From the human T2T-CHM13v2.0 reference genome, Homo sapiens, in NCBI RefSeq assembly GCF_009914755.1, contig NC_060932.1: 64,000 bases of DNA; one strand, 5' to 3'. Below are positions 16,831 through 29,830 of this stretch, piece by piece (the first letter of the stretch is position 1; every line of letters starts with the position of its first letter). Under the pieces are notes generated by a model. The model was not told the DNA's origin. It saw nothing but the letters and a program-made list of their open reading frames with translations, and searched no databases. Made by a program: the position numbers and the translations under genes.

Positions 16831-18643
16831 ATTGTTTTTATTATTGTTATTACCAGTCTGCAAAGGGGAAAGACATGAACAGATAATGGCAATGAAAGTA
16901 GAACACACAAGCATTAAGGAGCTCCAGGGCAGAGAGTGACTAGCACAGGGGCACATGAAGGACAAGCATTCAGCACAGGTTGGAGCAGGCAATGAGAGGA
17001 AGGAGGAGGAAAGAAAAGAGAAAGAAAAACATAAGGAGCATGGGAGATCAAGCTAGGAGAGAGCTGAGAAGGGCACACTCTCCAAGCCAAGGAACAAGTC
17101 TTCAGGAAGCTTTGGGAGAATGTGTCACTTTCTGGGATTGACATAAAGTTCCACACTGGACCCGAGACTGCATGTTCCTGTGTGGATCTGGGAGAGATGA
17201 AGGTAGACGGACAGAGAGAGGCTGCACCAGGAGACCCCAGGCTGGTGAGTCAGGACTCAGTACTTTGAGAAACTGAAGCCACTGAAGGTTTAGGGTTTTG
17301 TTTTGTTTGAAAGGCCAGGCCTGTCCTGATCAAGCTTTCACTCATTTGCAGACGTCCTCTCTGATGACAGTGCAGAGGATTCACTGCAGAAGACATGGAA
17401 GTGGGCAGGTGGCTGGATTCCAGGGAAAAGGTCAATGAGATCCTGAACAGAGATCAGGACAAAGGAAGCCATGAGAACAGCAACGAGTGCTCTAAGGAGG
17501 TGATGTAGTGAATGTTCCATGAGGATGCCTCCCAGGGAGATCGGGCTGATAGGGGTGCCCTTCCCTGGGACAGGGAAGACAGGAGGAGTTGCAGGTTTCA
17601 GGGAAGGTTTGCTGTGCCTGGGGAGCCTCCAAGTGGAGATGTGCATAAGACAGCCACCTGGATGTATCTGATGCTCAGGAAGACTGTCCACCCTGGAGAT
17701 GTGCGTCGTGAAACTTGGCTGCCCAAGAGATGGCACTTCCCACATCATTCCATAAGTGAGCTGACCTCCTATTATAAGCCTCCATTTTCAGGGCAGCAGC
17801 AATGCAATCTAGGCTTCCTCTCACTGCAGGGGTTGTTTCTAAGTTCCTGGCCCCAACCAGCTGTGGTCTTTGCCCACATAGGTGGCTTTGTGCCTTGCTC
17901 TATGCCTCTTCAGGCCCTTGCTCTAGGGGGATGAGAAGTCTGCTGCAGCTCTCTAAGCCTTCTTGGGAGAATGAGGACCCTGTGGAGCTGTGTCTGGCCC
18001 GTCTGTCTGGACACCAGTGTCAGCCATTTCTACTCTGCTCCAGCCCCTGCTGAGTAGAAACTCTATGCCTTGCCACATTCCCATGCTGTGCCTGGGAATG
18101 GATAACACAGCTCCTCTATACCTTAGGTTCCCTGCAGTCTGGAACCTTCATTCCCGTCCCGTTCCCAAGGCTTGCAGACATGAAGCAGGTGTTCAGCATC
18201 TTGCTCTCCTTGCTGAGTCTACAGAATCTTTATCTGAGGATGGCAAGGTCTGGCCCCCTCCCTGTTCTTACGTGGCCTTCACACCATACATTTGTATATC
18301 CAGAGTTCTTTAGCTTAGGTCTGTAAAATCCCACCCCCAACCTTAACTCAAAAGCCTCGGCTTTGGAAATCCACAATCCCTTCTGTTTCTCTGGCTGTCA
18401 TCCACCCGCTGAGGCATTGAGTGCTGCTGGTGGAGGAGAGACTGGGGCAGGAGAAGGAGAAACCATGGAGGAAGGGCCTGAGTTCCCATCCCCAACCATC
18501 CTGCCACCCAGAAATGCAAGAATCCTGTGCACACAGATGATAATGAAGATATAGGACTGGATGAACTTACTACCCAGACAGAGCACAGAAGGGAAAGAAA
18601 AGGGGCACAGGGTAGAGCTCTAGGAGTCAGAGATGCTTTACAG

Positions 18644-18853
18644 CAGGGGCATGCAAACTTTTCCTATAAAGGGCCAGATAGGAAACATTTTTGGCTTTGC
18701 AGGAACCACTCAAATGTGCTGTTGCAGGCCAGGAGCAGCCATAGATAGTACATAAATAAATGTGTATCATGGTTCCAAAAAAAAAAAAAACTTGAATACA
18801 AAAACTAGTGCTGGGACAGATTTGATCTATAGTCTGGAGTGTATTGACCCCTG
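18644..18853 (-). mobile_element. MER58A-type hAT-Charlie DNA transposon
   Basis: TIRs caggggcatgcaaac ... gtattgacccctg. CTTTACA is repeated on both flanks (degenerate 8-bp TSD). Confidence 0.8.
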
Positions 18854-18964
18854 TCTTTACAGATAGGCATGAGATGAGGCCTCCGAGGAGGAGCAGAGAT
18901 GGGAGCCAAGTGAACGCTGTCAGGGTTAGAATTTGTCCCTGGGATTGGTTCGTGCCAAAGCTTG

Positions 18965-19141
18965 TGCTCTTACCGAGGTCTAGCCCTGGCTGCATATTGC
19001 AATCACCTGCAAGACTTTAAAAAATTCCAGTGACTCTGGCTCAGTCCCTCAAGATTCTGCCATAAATGGTCAAGGCTAAGGCTTGCAGCGTTTTCAGAGC
19101 TCCCAGAGTGATTCTAACAGGTGACCGGGATGGAGAGCCTG
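18965..19141. mobile_element. MER5B-like hAT DNA transposon
   Basis: cctggctgcatattgcaatcacctg...ctttaaaaaatt...gctcccagagtgattctaa pattern. Confidence 0.6.
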
Positions 19142-20480
19142 TCCGTGGCTCCTCCTTGCAGATGCGGGCCATCATCTCAGTGCACCTCCCAAGTCCCAGC
19201 ACCTCCTCCCCATCAGTGCAGCAAACATGGCAGCTCCCTGCAGTCTGGGACTTCTCACACTTGATTTCTCTGTCTCAGGGGGTCAGAGATGATTTCCCAG
19301 GACAGAGCCAGGTCAGGAGGAGGAAGGGTCAGAGGAAACCTGTTGTGTTCTCTCTAATGTTATGATTCCAGTTGTCATGGGAAACAACAGCTTCTTTTGG
19401 GCTGGCTGGGGCACAGATTTCTTTTACCTTTTTTTAATGTGGTTTTGATTGTTTTTGCTTTAAATTGAGGCCAGTGGGAAAGGTACAGCTTGGAGCAGAG
19501 CTGGTGAGAGGTCGCAGGCCATGACCTGAGGATTCTAGGCTAGCTTTCAACTGCCCACCAGGGTATGTTTGGACTGGTCACAGGGCTGGGCTGCCCAGGG
19601 GAGCTACCCCCAAGGACAAAGATGGAGAGAACAGGCTGTTGTGCCCGACCAGGCCCCAGGGTGCACCTGCAGCCCGCTGCTGGGTGAGAGCCATACAAAC
19701 TGGGGTCCTTGATCTCATTAGCAGCCCCTGCAGGGAGCAGACTCCTCCACCCTGCTGTCCTCCACTGAACAAGCAATCACTTTCGACCTCTGACCCAGCT
19801 GCTCACCCACCTGGCCTCTCTGTCCCCATGCCCAGCAGGAGAGGAAGGAGAGGATCAGATGCACCACATGGAGAATGACTCTAGCCCCTGCAGAACGCCT
19901 CGGTGTGTAAAGCGGCTGCATGAGTCATTTCATAGTCACAGTAACCCTCACAATAACAGAACGGAGGCTCAGGCAAGCTAAATGGTCCAAAGGTACATCA
20001 CTAGGGAGTGGCAGAACCAAATTTGGACCCAAGTTAGCCAGACTTCAAAGACCATGTTCTTTCCAGAACATTCTGCCACCTGATGTCTTCCTTCTGAGCG
20101 TTTGCTAGAGGATCACTCAGCAGCATGGTGAGGCCAGGCCCGAGAATACCTGGCTGAATCCTCAGACACAGTGGACAGAGGCAGTCCCTGCCCGAGGCAG
20201 AGGACAGAAGGCCTGACTCGGGGCTCAAGGCGCTTCATGGTTGAGATGCAAGACAGAGTCCAACATCTGGTTCAGAAACAGTGCTGCAGAGCTGCATTGC
20301 CTGGGGCCAAATCCTGGCTCTGCTGCTCACTAAATGTGGGATTTTGGGCAAATCACTCAAACTCCTTAAGTCTCAGTTTCCACATCTGTACAACAGGGAT
20401 CGTCATATTAGTGCCCATGTCACAGAGCTAAGCTGAGACTTAAATGCAATTTGAAAGTGCTTCCTAAGTGTGCATTAAGC

Positions 20481-20703
20481 CAGGCATTCCCAGTGAGGCC
20501 CAACCTCCAAAGGGTGAAAACTGATTCTTGGGAGGTAAAATACATTAGATATTACAATAGTGTGTGGCCCACCAAAGTTCAACTCTACTCAACAAAAATG
20601 TATTTCTTACTATTTCATTTCTTTCATTAGGGAGAAATTAAATTCAAATTTAATTTTACTCCTTAAGGGGACAATAATGAAATAAAGGGTGAAAAAAATA
20701 CTA
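20481..20703. mobile_element. Non-autonomous hAT-Charlie-like DNA transposon fragment
   Basis: ttagatattacaat...ttagggagaaattaaatt...ataatgaaataaagggtgaaaaaa resembles the Charlie-derived MER end. Family uncertain. Confidence 0.45.
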
Positions 20704-20798
20704 CAATAAGTACTGGCTCCCATTAGCTTTCCCACCTCATCCCTCCTTCCCCTCCTGGTAGAATCAGCCCTTCTCACATGGCCCTAAGATAGGTTTCT

Positions 20799-21011
20799 GC
20801 TGCTTTTGTCTGTCGTGCACTCTCATTCAGGAAGGTTCCTTCCCACTTTTGACCTGATGCCACCTTATTTATCTTTCACAATTAGCTCAATCCAACTCCA
20901 CTGTGGAGCCCTGCCCTGTCTTCCCAAGGAGAAGTAATCTCTTTTTCAAAGCCTGCTGATTAGACCTCTGTGAGAGCACTCAACTCAATGTGTGCCCTGA
21001 TGGAGTTAGTT
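20799..21011 (+). repeat. Donor copy of a ~210-bp local direct duplication (second copy at 22352-22560)
   Basis: gctgcttttgtctgtc...tgatggagttagtt aligns end to end with 22352-22560, with scattered substitutions and small indels. Confidence 0.95.
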
Positions 21012-21219
21012 ATTTACATGGCTGACAATGAAAAGGGGAAAGCTATTAAATTGCAAGCCCCCCACTTCCACCACACTTCATTGGCTAGGAAGAGAAGAAG
21101 CCTGCCTGCTGTGTTAGTCCCTGAGCCTGCAGGTCATGTAGACTCTGAGTGAAGAGAAGGGCAAGAAAATGCAGTGGCTAAACTGGCTGATAACATGAAA
21201 AAGAGTCAAGACCCAACAG

Positions 21220-21455
21220 GGAAATCTAGAGAGACAGAAAGTAGATTTGTGGTTGCCTAGGGCAGTGGGGTACTCTGGGGAGACAGGGGCATGACACCTA
21301 AAAGGTGTGGAGTTTCTTTTTGACATGATAAAAATGTTCTAAAATGGACTATGGTAACAGTTGTACATATCTCTAAATATAGTAGCAACCATTAAATTGT
21401 ACATACTTTAAAGGGGTGAATTGTATGGCGTGTGAACTGTGTCTCAATAAAGCTT
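21220..21455 (+). mobile_element. L1M (L1MB-like) 3' UTR end
   Basis: gagacagaaagtagatt...ggttgcctaggg...gtgaattgtatggcgtgtgaactgtgtctcaataaagct. Confidence 0.8.
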
Positions 21456-22079
21456 TTTTGTTGTTTGTTTTTGTAAAGAGCTGATCCCAGAGAGAAGGGG
21501 GAAAGGACGAGCAAAAGGGGGGCTGTATGAGTGAGAGCTTTGGGGAGGACAAAGGATTTGGACAGAATCTGCAGGAGATAGTGGCCTGCACCTGGGGTTT
21601 AGTGTGAGAAAGATGAAACACTTTCAAAAGTTTCTTGTGTCTTATGAGTGCATTATCTCTTTGGTATTTTTTGGAAACATCACTATAGAGATTTCAGCTT
21701 CTTTCCCATTATTAAGGACACCGGATTGAGATTTTCTTTCTTTTGTAAATTCAACACTGTGCCAAGATTGAACCATGAAGGAGCTGGGGTCCTTGTGGCT
21801 TATTCATGTCTTTCCAAAAGACAGAGAATGCTTGGAAAGTCCAGGCAGCATCTCATGCACTGTTGTTCCCCAGCGCCTGGCCCCACGCTGCACCTCACAT
21901 CATGGCACTCTGCATGTGGGACGCCCTGGGCTGAACCCCACCTCAACCTGCCTGAGCATCAGACTGTGGGCAAATCACTTCCCTTCTCTCAGATTCCTCA
22001 CCTGCACACAGCAAACAGACCATTTCAAATCCTTTCATGTTCTTAAATTCTGTGAGGTCAATGGGTAGCTCTTGAAAGA

Positions 22080-22671
22080 TGTCTTAGTCTGTTTGCTGTC
22101 ATTATAACAGTACACCTGAAATTGGATAATTTATTTTTTTAAAAAAAGAAAGTTTATTTCTTGCAATTCCGGAAGCTGGGAAGTCCAAGATCAGGCAACT
22201 GCATTTGGTCATTCTCTGGTGAGGGCCTCGTGCTGTATCATAGCACAGCAGAAGGTCTTCACTGAGAGCCAAACTGGCTTTCGTAACAGACCCACTCCCA
22301 TCATAACCCATGAAACCATGAATGGATTAATGGATTAATCCATTCATGAGGGCTGCTTTTGTCTGTCATGCTTCCTCATTCAGGAAGGCTCCTTCCCACT
22401 TTTGAACTGTTGTCACCTTATTTATCTTTCACAATCAGCTCCAATCCCACTGTGCTGTGGAGCCCTGCCTTGTCTTCCCAAGGGGAAGTAATCTCTTTTT
22501 CAAAGCCTGCTGATTATATCTCTGAGAAGTATATCAATGTGTGTCCTGATGGAGTTAGTTGGAGCCCTCATGGCCCAGTCATCTCTTAAATGCCCCACTT
22601 CTTAATACTGTTACATCAGGGATTAAGTTTCAATGTCAGTTTTGAAGGGGACAAACCGTCCAACCATATCA
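22080..22671 (-). mobile_element. MST-type (MSTD-like) MaLR solo LTR carrying a 209-bp foreign insert at 22352-22560
   Basis: tgtcttagtc...aaccatatca termini. 5-bp TSD AAAGA at 22075-22079 and 22672-22676. Confidence 0.85.
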
Positions 22672-23149
22672 AAAGAAAATGAAGAGAACTTACCTAGGAA
22701 GAAAAATAGAGTAGACTGTAACTTTATCAGAAATGTGTTGCTATGTAGAAAACCTGAAACAAAAATGACAAAATGCTAACATTTGTCCAGGTGAAGGATA
22801 AAAATGTCACACACACATGCCCACATCCACACACATACAACCTAAATCAAAGAGAGTAAAACAAAGGACCCTTGAAACAAGTTCATAAATACAAATAAAG
22901 AATCACGAAGAAAAGAGTTGGCCAGCAATCTCCCCACCTCCCACACCGAAGACTTGCCCTTGCAAGGGGGCAGCAAAGGCTGGGAGACAACTGATGGCTT
23001 CTGCCACTTGCAGGGCACTGGGAACTCAAATCAAATATGTCAGCACCTGTGTCTAGAGTCAAAGAAGGCCCCATGGAACAAGTCCAGCCTGAGTTTGAAT
23101 GATGCACAGAGAAACACAGTATTCTAGATTCATAAACTCCCAACCTCAT

Positions 23150-23540
23150 GGAATGAGTCTGGGCTTTGGAGTCAACAGTCTGGGTCTCATTTTTAGCTCT
23201 GCTCCCAACTAGCCATATCACAATGTCTTCCTGGGCCTCAGTGATCTCATCTTTAAAATATTACAGAGAAATCATGGAAAGCTTCTAGCAGAGTGCCTGG
23301 CATGTAATAGATGCCTAAAATAATATAGCTGATAATAACAGCAAATACTAATGTAGGGTCTATAGGTACCAGGTGCTAAAACATATCTACCTTTACAAGT
23401 CTCATAATTACACTCCTGTGAGGGAAATACCATTATGACTATTTTACAAAAGAGAAGTTGAAGCACAAGAAGATTAATAACTTGTTGAAAGTCACACAGC
23501 TAGTTACTGGCAGAGTTGGAAGCTAAATTTGGGCAACATT
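23150..23540. mobile_element. Two MIR fragments in opposite orientation
   Basis: gggctttggagtca...gcctcagtgatctcatctttaaaat (+), then attttacaaaagagaagttgaagcac...aagtcacacagctagtt (-). Confidence 0.6.
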
Positions 23541-23792
23541 AAACGTTCTCTCACACTGTTCACAGTGTAGTAGTGGTGGTAGTAGAAGAATCATCTGTTA
23601 CAGTCATGGGCTCTTGGGGAACAAAAAAAGCCCAGGATTTTATTTATTCAACACACCTTAACTGAGAGCATTCTCTGTGCCAAGCATTGGGCCCAGTACT
23701 AGGTATACAGTGATGAGAAAACAGATACATTTCTTTCTTAAATTCATTATCTCTGGAAATTCCTAACTGGGGGAAGAAAAAGGAAGAAGCCA

Positions 23793-24650
23793 CAGTGTTA
23801 CACTTAAGCCAGCTCATATGGGCTCACAAAAGCATATTATTAAATTTTCAGAAATTTTTCATGTGGTTGTCAAATCCAGCCATTATTGAAAATTAAATTA
23901 TATAAATTTATAATAAATTAAAGACAAACATAAATCCTAAAAACTTGCCACACCCTAATTATTTTACTATAATTTACTGAATCTATGTTGGGAGGGCTGT
24001 CTGCACCTATTGAATCTATATGGTGGAGACACTGTGTGGTGGTGGCTACTGAGCATATCTTCCCAGTTCCATGTCAGGGGCATCACAGGCAGTGTGTTAA
24101 GAGTGTTTACACCACAGTGATGCGCAAACTCTGAAACTCAGTGCTTGGCTGATTGTTGATTGTCTAAGCTTAAGAGATGAAGAAAATGTCAATACTGCAG
24201 ATTAAATGTAAAAATGTATTATGTCTTGCCACTACATTGTGAGTATCACTATATAAGAAAACAGTCTAGAATTCAAAAACTACTAGCTGACTCAGCAAAG
24301 AAGTTGTTTGCACCATTGAAAAAGGAGCAAAGTTTGGACACACAATTTCATTGTTTCACATTCATGTTACTCATTATCGTAAACAAAATTATCATGTTGA
24401 AACTGCTCATTTATCTATTGTAATCAGAGGTTTCTTATAGATAAAATCAACAAAACTGGCAAAAATCAACTAAAGCATTCTGTGAGAATCTATTGGTTAT
24501 ATGGAATTTATAATAAAAATATTGTACATCTTATATTTATAAATTGTGTGCCCATATCCTTTATAAGTAAAATTTATGATGAGCTTATTTATGTATACAT
24601 ATGCATCATTTCTCCCACAGAGCCAATTGTTAAACACTTACCAGCACACT
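23793..24650 (+). mobile_element. MER63C-like hAT-Blackjack DNA transposon
   Basis: Colinear with the recalled MER63C consensus (ttaaattttcag..., cagccattattgaaaattaaattatataa..., gcattctgtgagaatc..., ttgttaaacacttaccagcacac). Confidence 0.8.
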
Positions 24651-25345
24651 TTTAGAAAAGGGTGAATTAGATCTAATTAATAAGGAATATGGGACAGACA
24701 TGTATATTTAGAAAATATTCTTCCAAAAAGATTTACAGGCCTCTCCATGACCTCTATTGAGTATGCTGTCTTAGAATTATAAACCCACATGCACTCAGGG
24801 CTTTTCTCACTTAAAGTTGTAAGTAAACTTGGTTTAAACCTCCCTTTGCATGGAGTATGTGTACTCAGGGTCTCCCTAGAGCTTCAATAAATCCTGCCCT
24901 GTCTTCATCTTGGTGGACTCTACCCACTTCCTTCTCCTTCCTGTTGTCTTGGCTCAGCTTTGGCCTGCCTGGAGCCATTCCTTTCCAAGAAAGAGTCCAC
25001 CAAGCCAAATGTCTAGAGTTAAAAAAAAAAAAAAAGATGTGGTGAGAAATTCATGGCCCATGGAGCAATCCTCATAATTAATGGGATTAAATGGAAAAAT
25101 ACTCTAGCTTCCTCACCCCTTGGATGAGGCATGGTTGGTAGTGCCTCCCAGAAGAATCACATGCCAATTGTCCCCATCAGTAATCTGCTCAACACAAGTT
25201 GAAGAAAGAAAAGCTTGTTTCTTTTTGCTAGCTCACTTTCCCTATTCCCCTACTAGTATTTCCTGGGATCACCTTCTGTCGAGCCATGGCAGAATCAGTT
25301 TCATGGCTGTAATGGATGAATTGCAAAACTGGTCCCAAGTCTTCA

Positions 25346-26164
<819 letters not shown>

Positions 26165-26539
26165 ATGTGCCAGTTCTGAACCTGGACTTCGAGAAACCTT
26201 GTGCACTTTTACTCTCTCTCTCTCTCTCTCTCTCAATCCTTTACCATCAGAACACACTTGGTTATCTTGATGGGGGATAAGACATTTGAAGTAAAGCCAA
26301 CCCAGCGCTGTTGCCCAAACCAAAGCCTCAGACATGTGAGAGAGCTCAGACAAGATTAGCCAAATTTCAACTGGCCACAAAAGTATGAGTGAGCCCAGCC
26401 AAGCCCAGCTAAGATCAGCAGAACCAGTCAGCTGAACTATAGACATGTAAACAAAAATAAATATTTATCATCGTATGCTACAAAGATTTTGTGATTAGTT
26501 ATTCCACACAAGACTCTAGCAAAAGATAACTTGACTATG

Positions 26540-27135
26540 GGTCCCATTTTCCTGTTTCTTTATATCCAGTAATTTGGAATTATATCCTGGACATTGTAGA
26601 AGATATACTGTCTGGATTCTGGATTCTGTTATGTTCCTCTCAAGATTATTGATTTTCATTTAGGCAGGCAGCTATCTTGGCTGAACTCAAACTTCAAAGT
26701 CTGTCTCCCCTTCAGCAGGCAGCAGTGAAATTTCTACCCAATTATTTTCATTTTAGCTGGACTACTTGTAATTTGCCCTAAGTCTGCATAGTTCAAGCCA
26801 TAAATTCAGGGAGAATTTATACACAGAATCTGGGCTTCCCCTTTGTGTTTCTCTTCATTGCGGGATTTTGCCTATCATTTCAGACATGTAGTAGTGGTCC
26901 CAAACTCATTCTTCTTGATCCCTCAGTAAGCAAGGCTTCAGGTATCTATCTAAACTTCTGTGACCCTGAGGAGCAACAACTGGAATCTGCAGGTTCAAAA
27001 CTGTAGAAATGAAAAGCACATTCAGAGCTGATTTATTCTTCCAGGTTTCTGAAATCCCCTGTCATTTCTGCCTGTTTTTGTCACTCTTTAAGACCTTCAC
27101 ATTGTTACTTAAAAAATATTTTGGTCAGAGTTTTA
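26540..27135 (-). mobile_element. Old L1M fragment
   Basis: tggaattatatcctggacattgt...ggattctgttatgttcctctcaagattattgattt...ttggctgaactcaaact resembles antisense L1M 5'/ORF1-proximal sequence. Confidence 0.5.
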
Positions 27136-27299
27136 CAGTTGACCTTTGAACAAACACAGGTTTAAACAGTACAGACCCAATTATATGCAGATTTTTCAAT
27201 AAATATAGTGAAGAATTTTTGGAGATTTTTGACAATTTGTAAAGACTTGCAGATAAACCAAGTAAAAAATATCAAAAAATTAAGAAAAAGTATGCATGC

Positions 27300-27753
27300 A
27301 ATTGTTAATTCCAGCACTATTCACAATAGCAAAGACATGGAATCAACCTAAATGCCCATCAATGGTAGACTGGATTTAAAAAATGTGATACATATACACT
27401 ATGAAATAGTATGCAGCCATAAAAAAGAATGAGATCATGTCCTTTGCAGGAACATAGATGGAGCTGGAGGCCATTATCCTTAGCAAGCTGATGCGGGAAC
27501 AGAAAACCAAATACCACGTGTTCTCACTTATAAGTGGGAGTTAAATGATGAGAACCCATGAACACAAACAAGGGAACAAGAGATACAGGGGCCTACTTGA
27601 GGGTGAAGCATGGGAGGAGGGAAAGCAGCAGAAAAATAACTATTGGGTACTAGGCTTAGTATCTGGATGATGAAATAATCTGTACAATAAAGCCCCATGA
27701 CACAAGTTTACCTATATAACAAATCTGCACATGTACCCCTGAACCTAAAAGTT
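27300..27753 (+). mobile_element. L1P (old L1PA/L1PB-type) 3' end inserted in Tigger2
   Basis: L1 ORF2 end and 3'UTR to ...atgtacccctgaacctaaaagtt. Degenerate TSD agaaaaagt..g.atg on both sides. Confidence 0.85.
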
Positions 27754-28189
27754 AGAAAAAGTTAGGTATGTCATGAGTGCATAAAATATATGTAACTATT
27801 TTATCATTTACTACCATAAAATATACACACATCTATTATAAAAAGTTGAAATTGATCAAATCTCACACCCAGACCATACATGGTGCTATTTAAGAGAAAT
27901 GTAAACAAATATAAAGATGAAGTATTAAATCGTAACTACATAAAATCAACTGTAGTAATTTACCACTGTAATAATTTTGTAGCCACCTCCTATTGCTACT
28001 TCAGTGAGCTTGAGTGCTGTATCTACAGAAAATGCCATGTGTCACTAATTATCTCCCTATGAGCAGTTACTCTCTTTAGTAAATTGTGTATTATAGTAAA
28101 AAGTGATCTCTCACAGTTCTTATGTATTTTTCATCATGTTTAGTACAATACCATAAACTTGGAATAATACCACGGGACTCATGTCACTA

Positions 28190-29830
28190 GTGATGCTGGC
28201 AGTGCTGCCAAGAAGCAGAGAAAAGTCATGACGTTACAAGAAAAAGTTAAGTGGCTTGATATATACCTTAGACTGAAGTCTGCAACTGTGGTTGCCTGCC
28301 ATTTCAAGATAAATGAATCCAGCCCACAGACCATTGTAAAAAAAAAAAAAAAAAAAGAAGAAGAAAAAATTGCAAAGCTGTCACTGCAGCTACACCAGCA
28401 GGCACAAAAGTCTTGCACTTTTTGTGCAATACTTTTTTATCTTATACTGAAAATACAGCTTTTATGTGGGTGCAGGATCACTAAGAAAAGCATGCCTATA
28501 GATTCTAGTAAGATTTGAGAAAAAGTGAAGTCACTACATGACAATTTAAAGCAAACGGGAGGTGAAGGATTCAAAATGGGAGAATTTAATGCCAGCAAAG
28601 GATGGTTTGATAATTTTAGAAAGATGTTTGGCTTTAAATACATCAAAATAACAGGAGAAGCAGGTGCTACTGACCAAGAGGCAGCAGATGAGTTACCAGA
28701 GTCATTAAGAAAATCATTGAGGAGAAAGAATATCTGCCTGGACAGGTTTATAATGCAGATGAAAGTGCCTTAATCTGGAGGGAAAATGCCACAAAATACA
28801 TTTATTAGTAAGGAAGAGCTAGCAAGCATCAGGGTTTAAGACAGGAAGAGACAGGCTAACTCTACTGTTTTGTGCAAATGGAGTCAGGTTTATGATCAAG
28901 ATTGCCCTTATCTATAAAGATGCTAGCCCCTGAGACTTGAAAGGAAAATATAAACACCAGCTGGTAGTCTTTTTTTGTACAAGAAGGTCTGAATGAGAAC
29001 CAGTTTTCTGGACTGGTTCCATCAATGCTCTGTCTCTGAAGTCAGAAAATACCTTGCCAATAAGTGATTGTCTTTTAAAATTCTTTTGATAATGGAAAAT
29101 GCCCCGGCCACCCAGAATCCCATAAGCTCAACACCAAAGTCATTGAAATGGTCTACTTACCCCCAAACACGACATCTCTAATTCAGCTTCTAGATCAGTG
29201 GGTCACAAGGACCTTTAAAGCTCATTACATATGTACTCTATGAAAAAAAGGCTGTCAATGCTATGGAAGAGAACACCAATAGAGAGAACATCACAAAAGT
29301 CTAAAAGGATTACACCACTGGCAATGCCATCATTTTTTAAGAAAAGGCCATGAAAGCCATCATGCCTGCCCCAAACAATAAATGCCTGTTTGAGAAAACT
29401 GTGTCCAGATGTGCATAATGTCACAGGATTTACGAAAGAGCCAATCAAGGAAATCAAGAAAGATTGTGAATTTGGCCAAAAAAGTCAGGGGCGAAGGGTT
29501 TCGGGATATGGATCTTGGAGAAATTCAAGTGCTTATGCACACCAAACCAGAAGAATTAACAGAAGACAACTTGATGGAGACAAGTGCTTCCAAACCAGTG
29601 CCAGATCATGAGGAAGATGACACAGAAGCAGCAGTGCTAGAAAACAAAGTGACATTAGACAGTCTGGCAGAAGGATTCCGATTACTCAAGACTGCTTTTG
29701 ACTTCTTTTATGACATGGACTCTTCTATGTTCTAGGCACTGACACTAAAGCAAAGGGTGGAAGAAGAATTGGCACCAAATAGAAACATTTCTAAAAAAAA
29801 TGAAAAAATACAGAAATTGTGATGTATTTC
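28190..29830 (+). pseudogene. Tigger2 transposase pseudogene (psq-type HTH, CENP-B HTH, DDE region), frameshifted
   Basis: ORF pieces MTLQEKVKWLD...HFKINESS, FNASKGWFDNFRK and ...DMDLGEIQVL...EELTEDNLME. Multiple stops and frameshifts. Confidence 0.85.
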
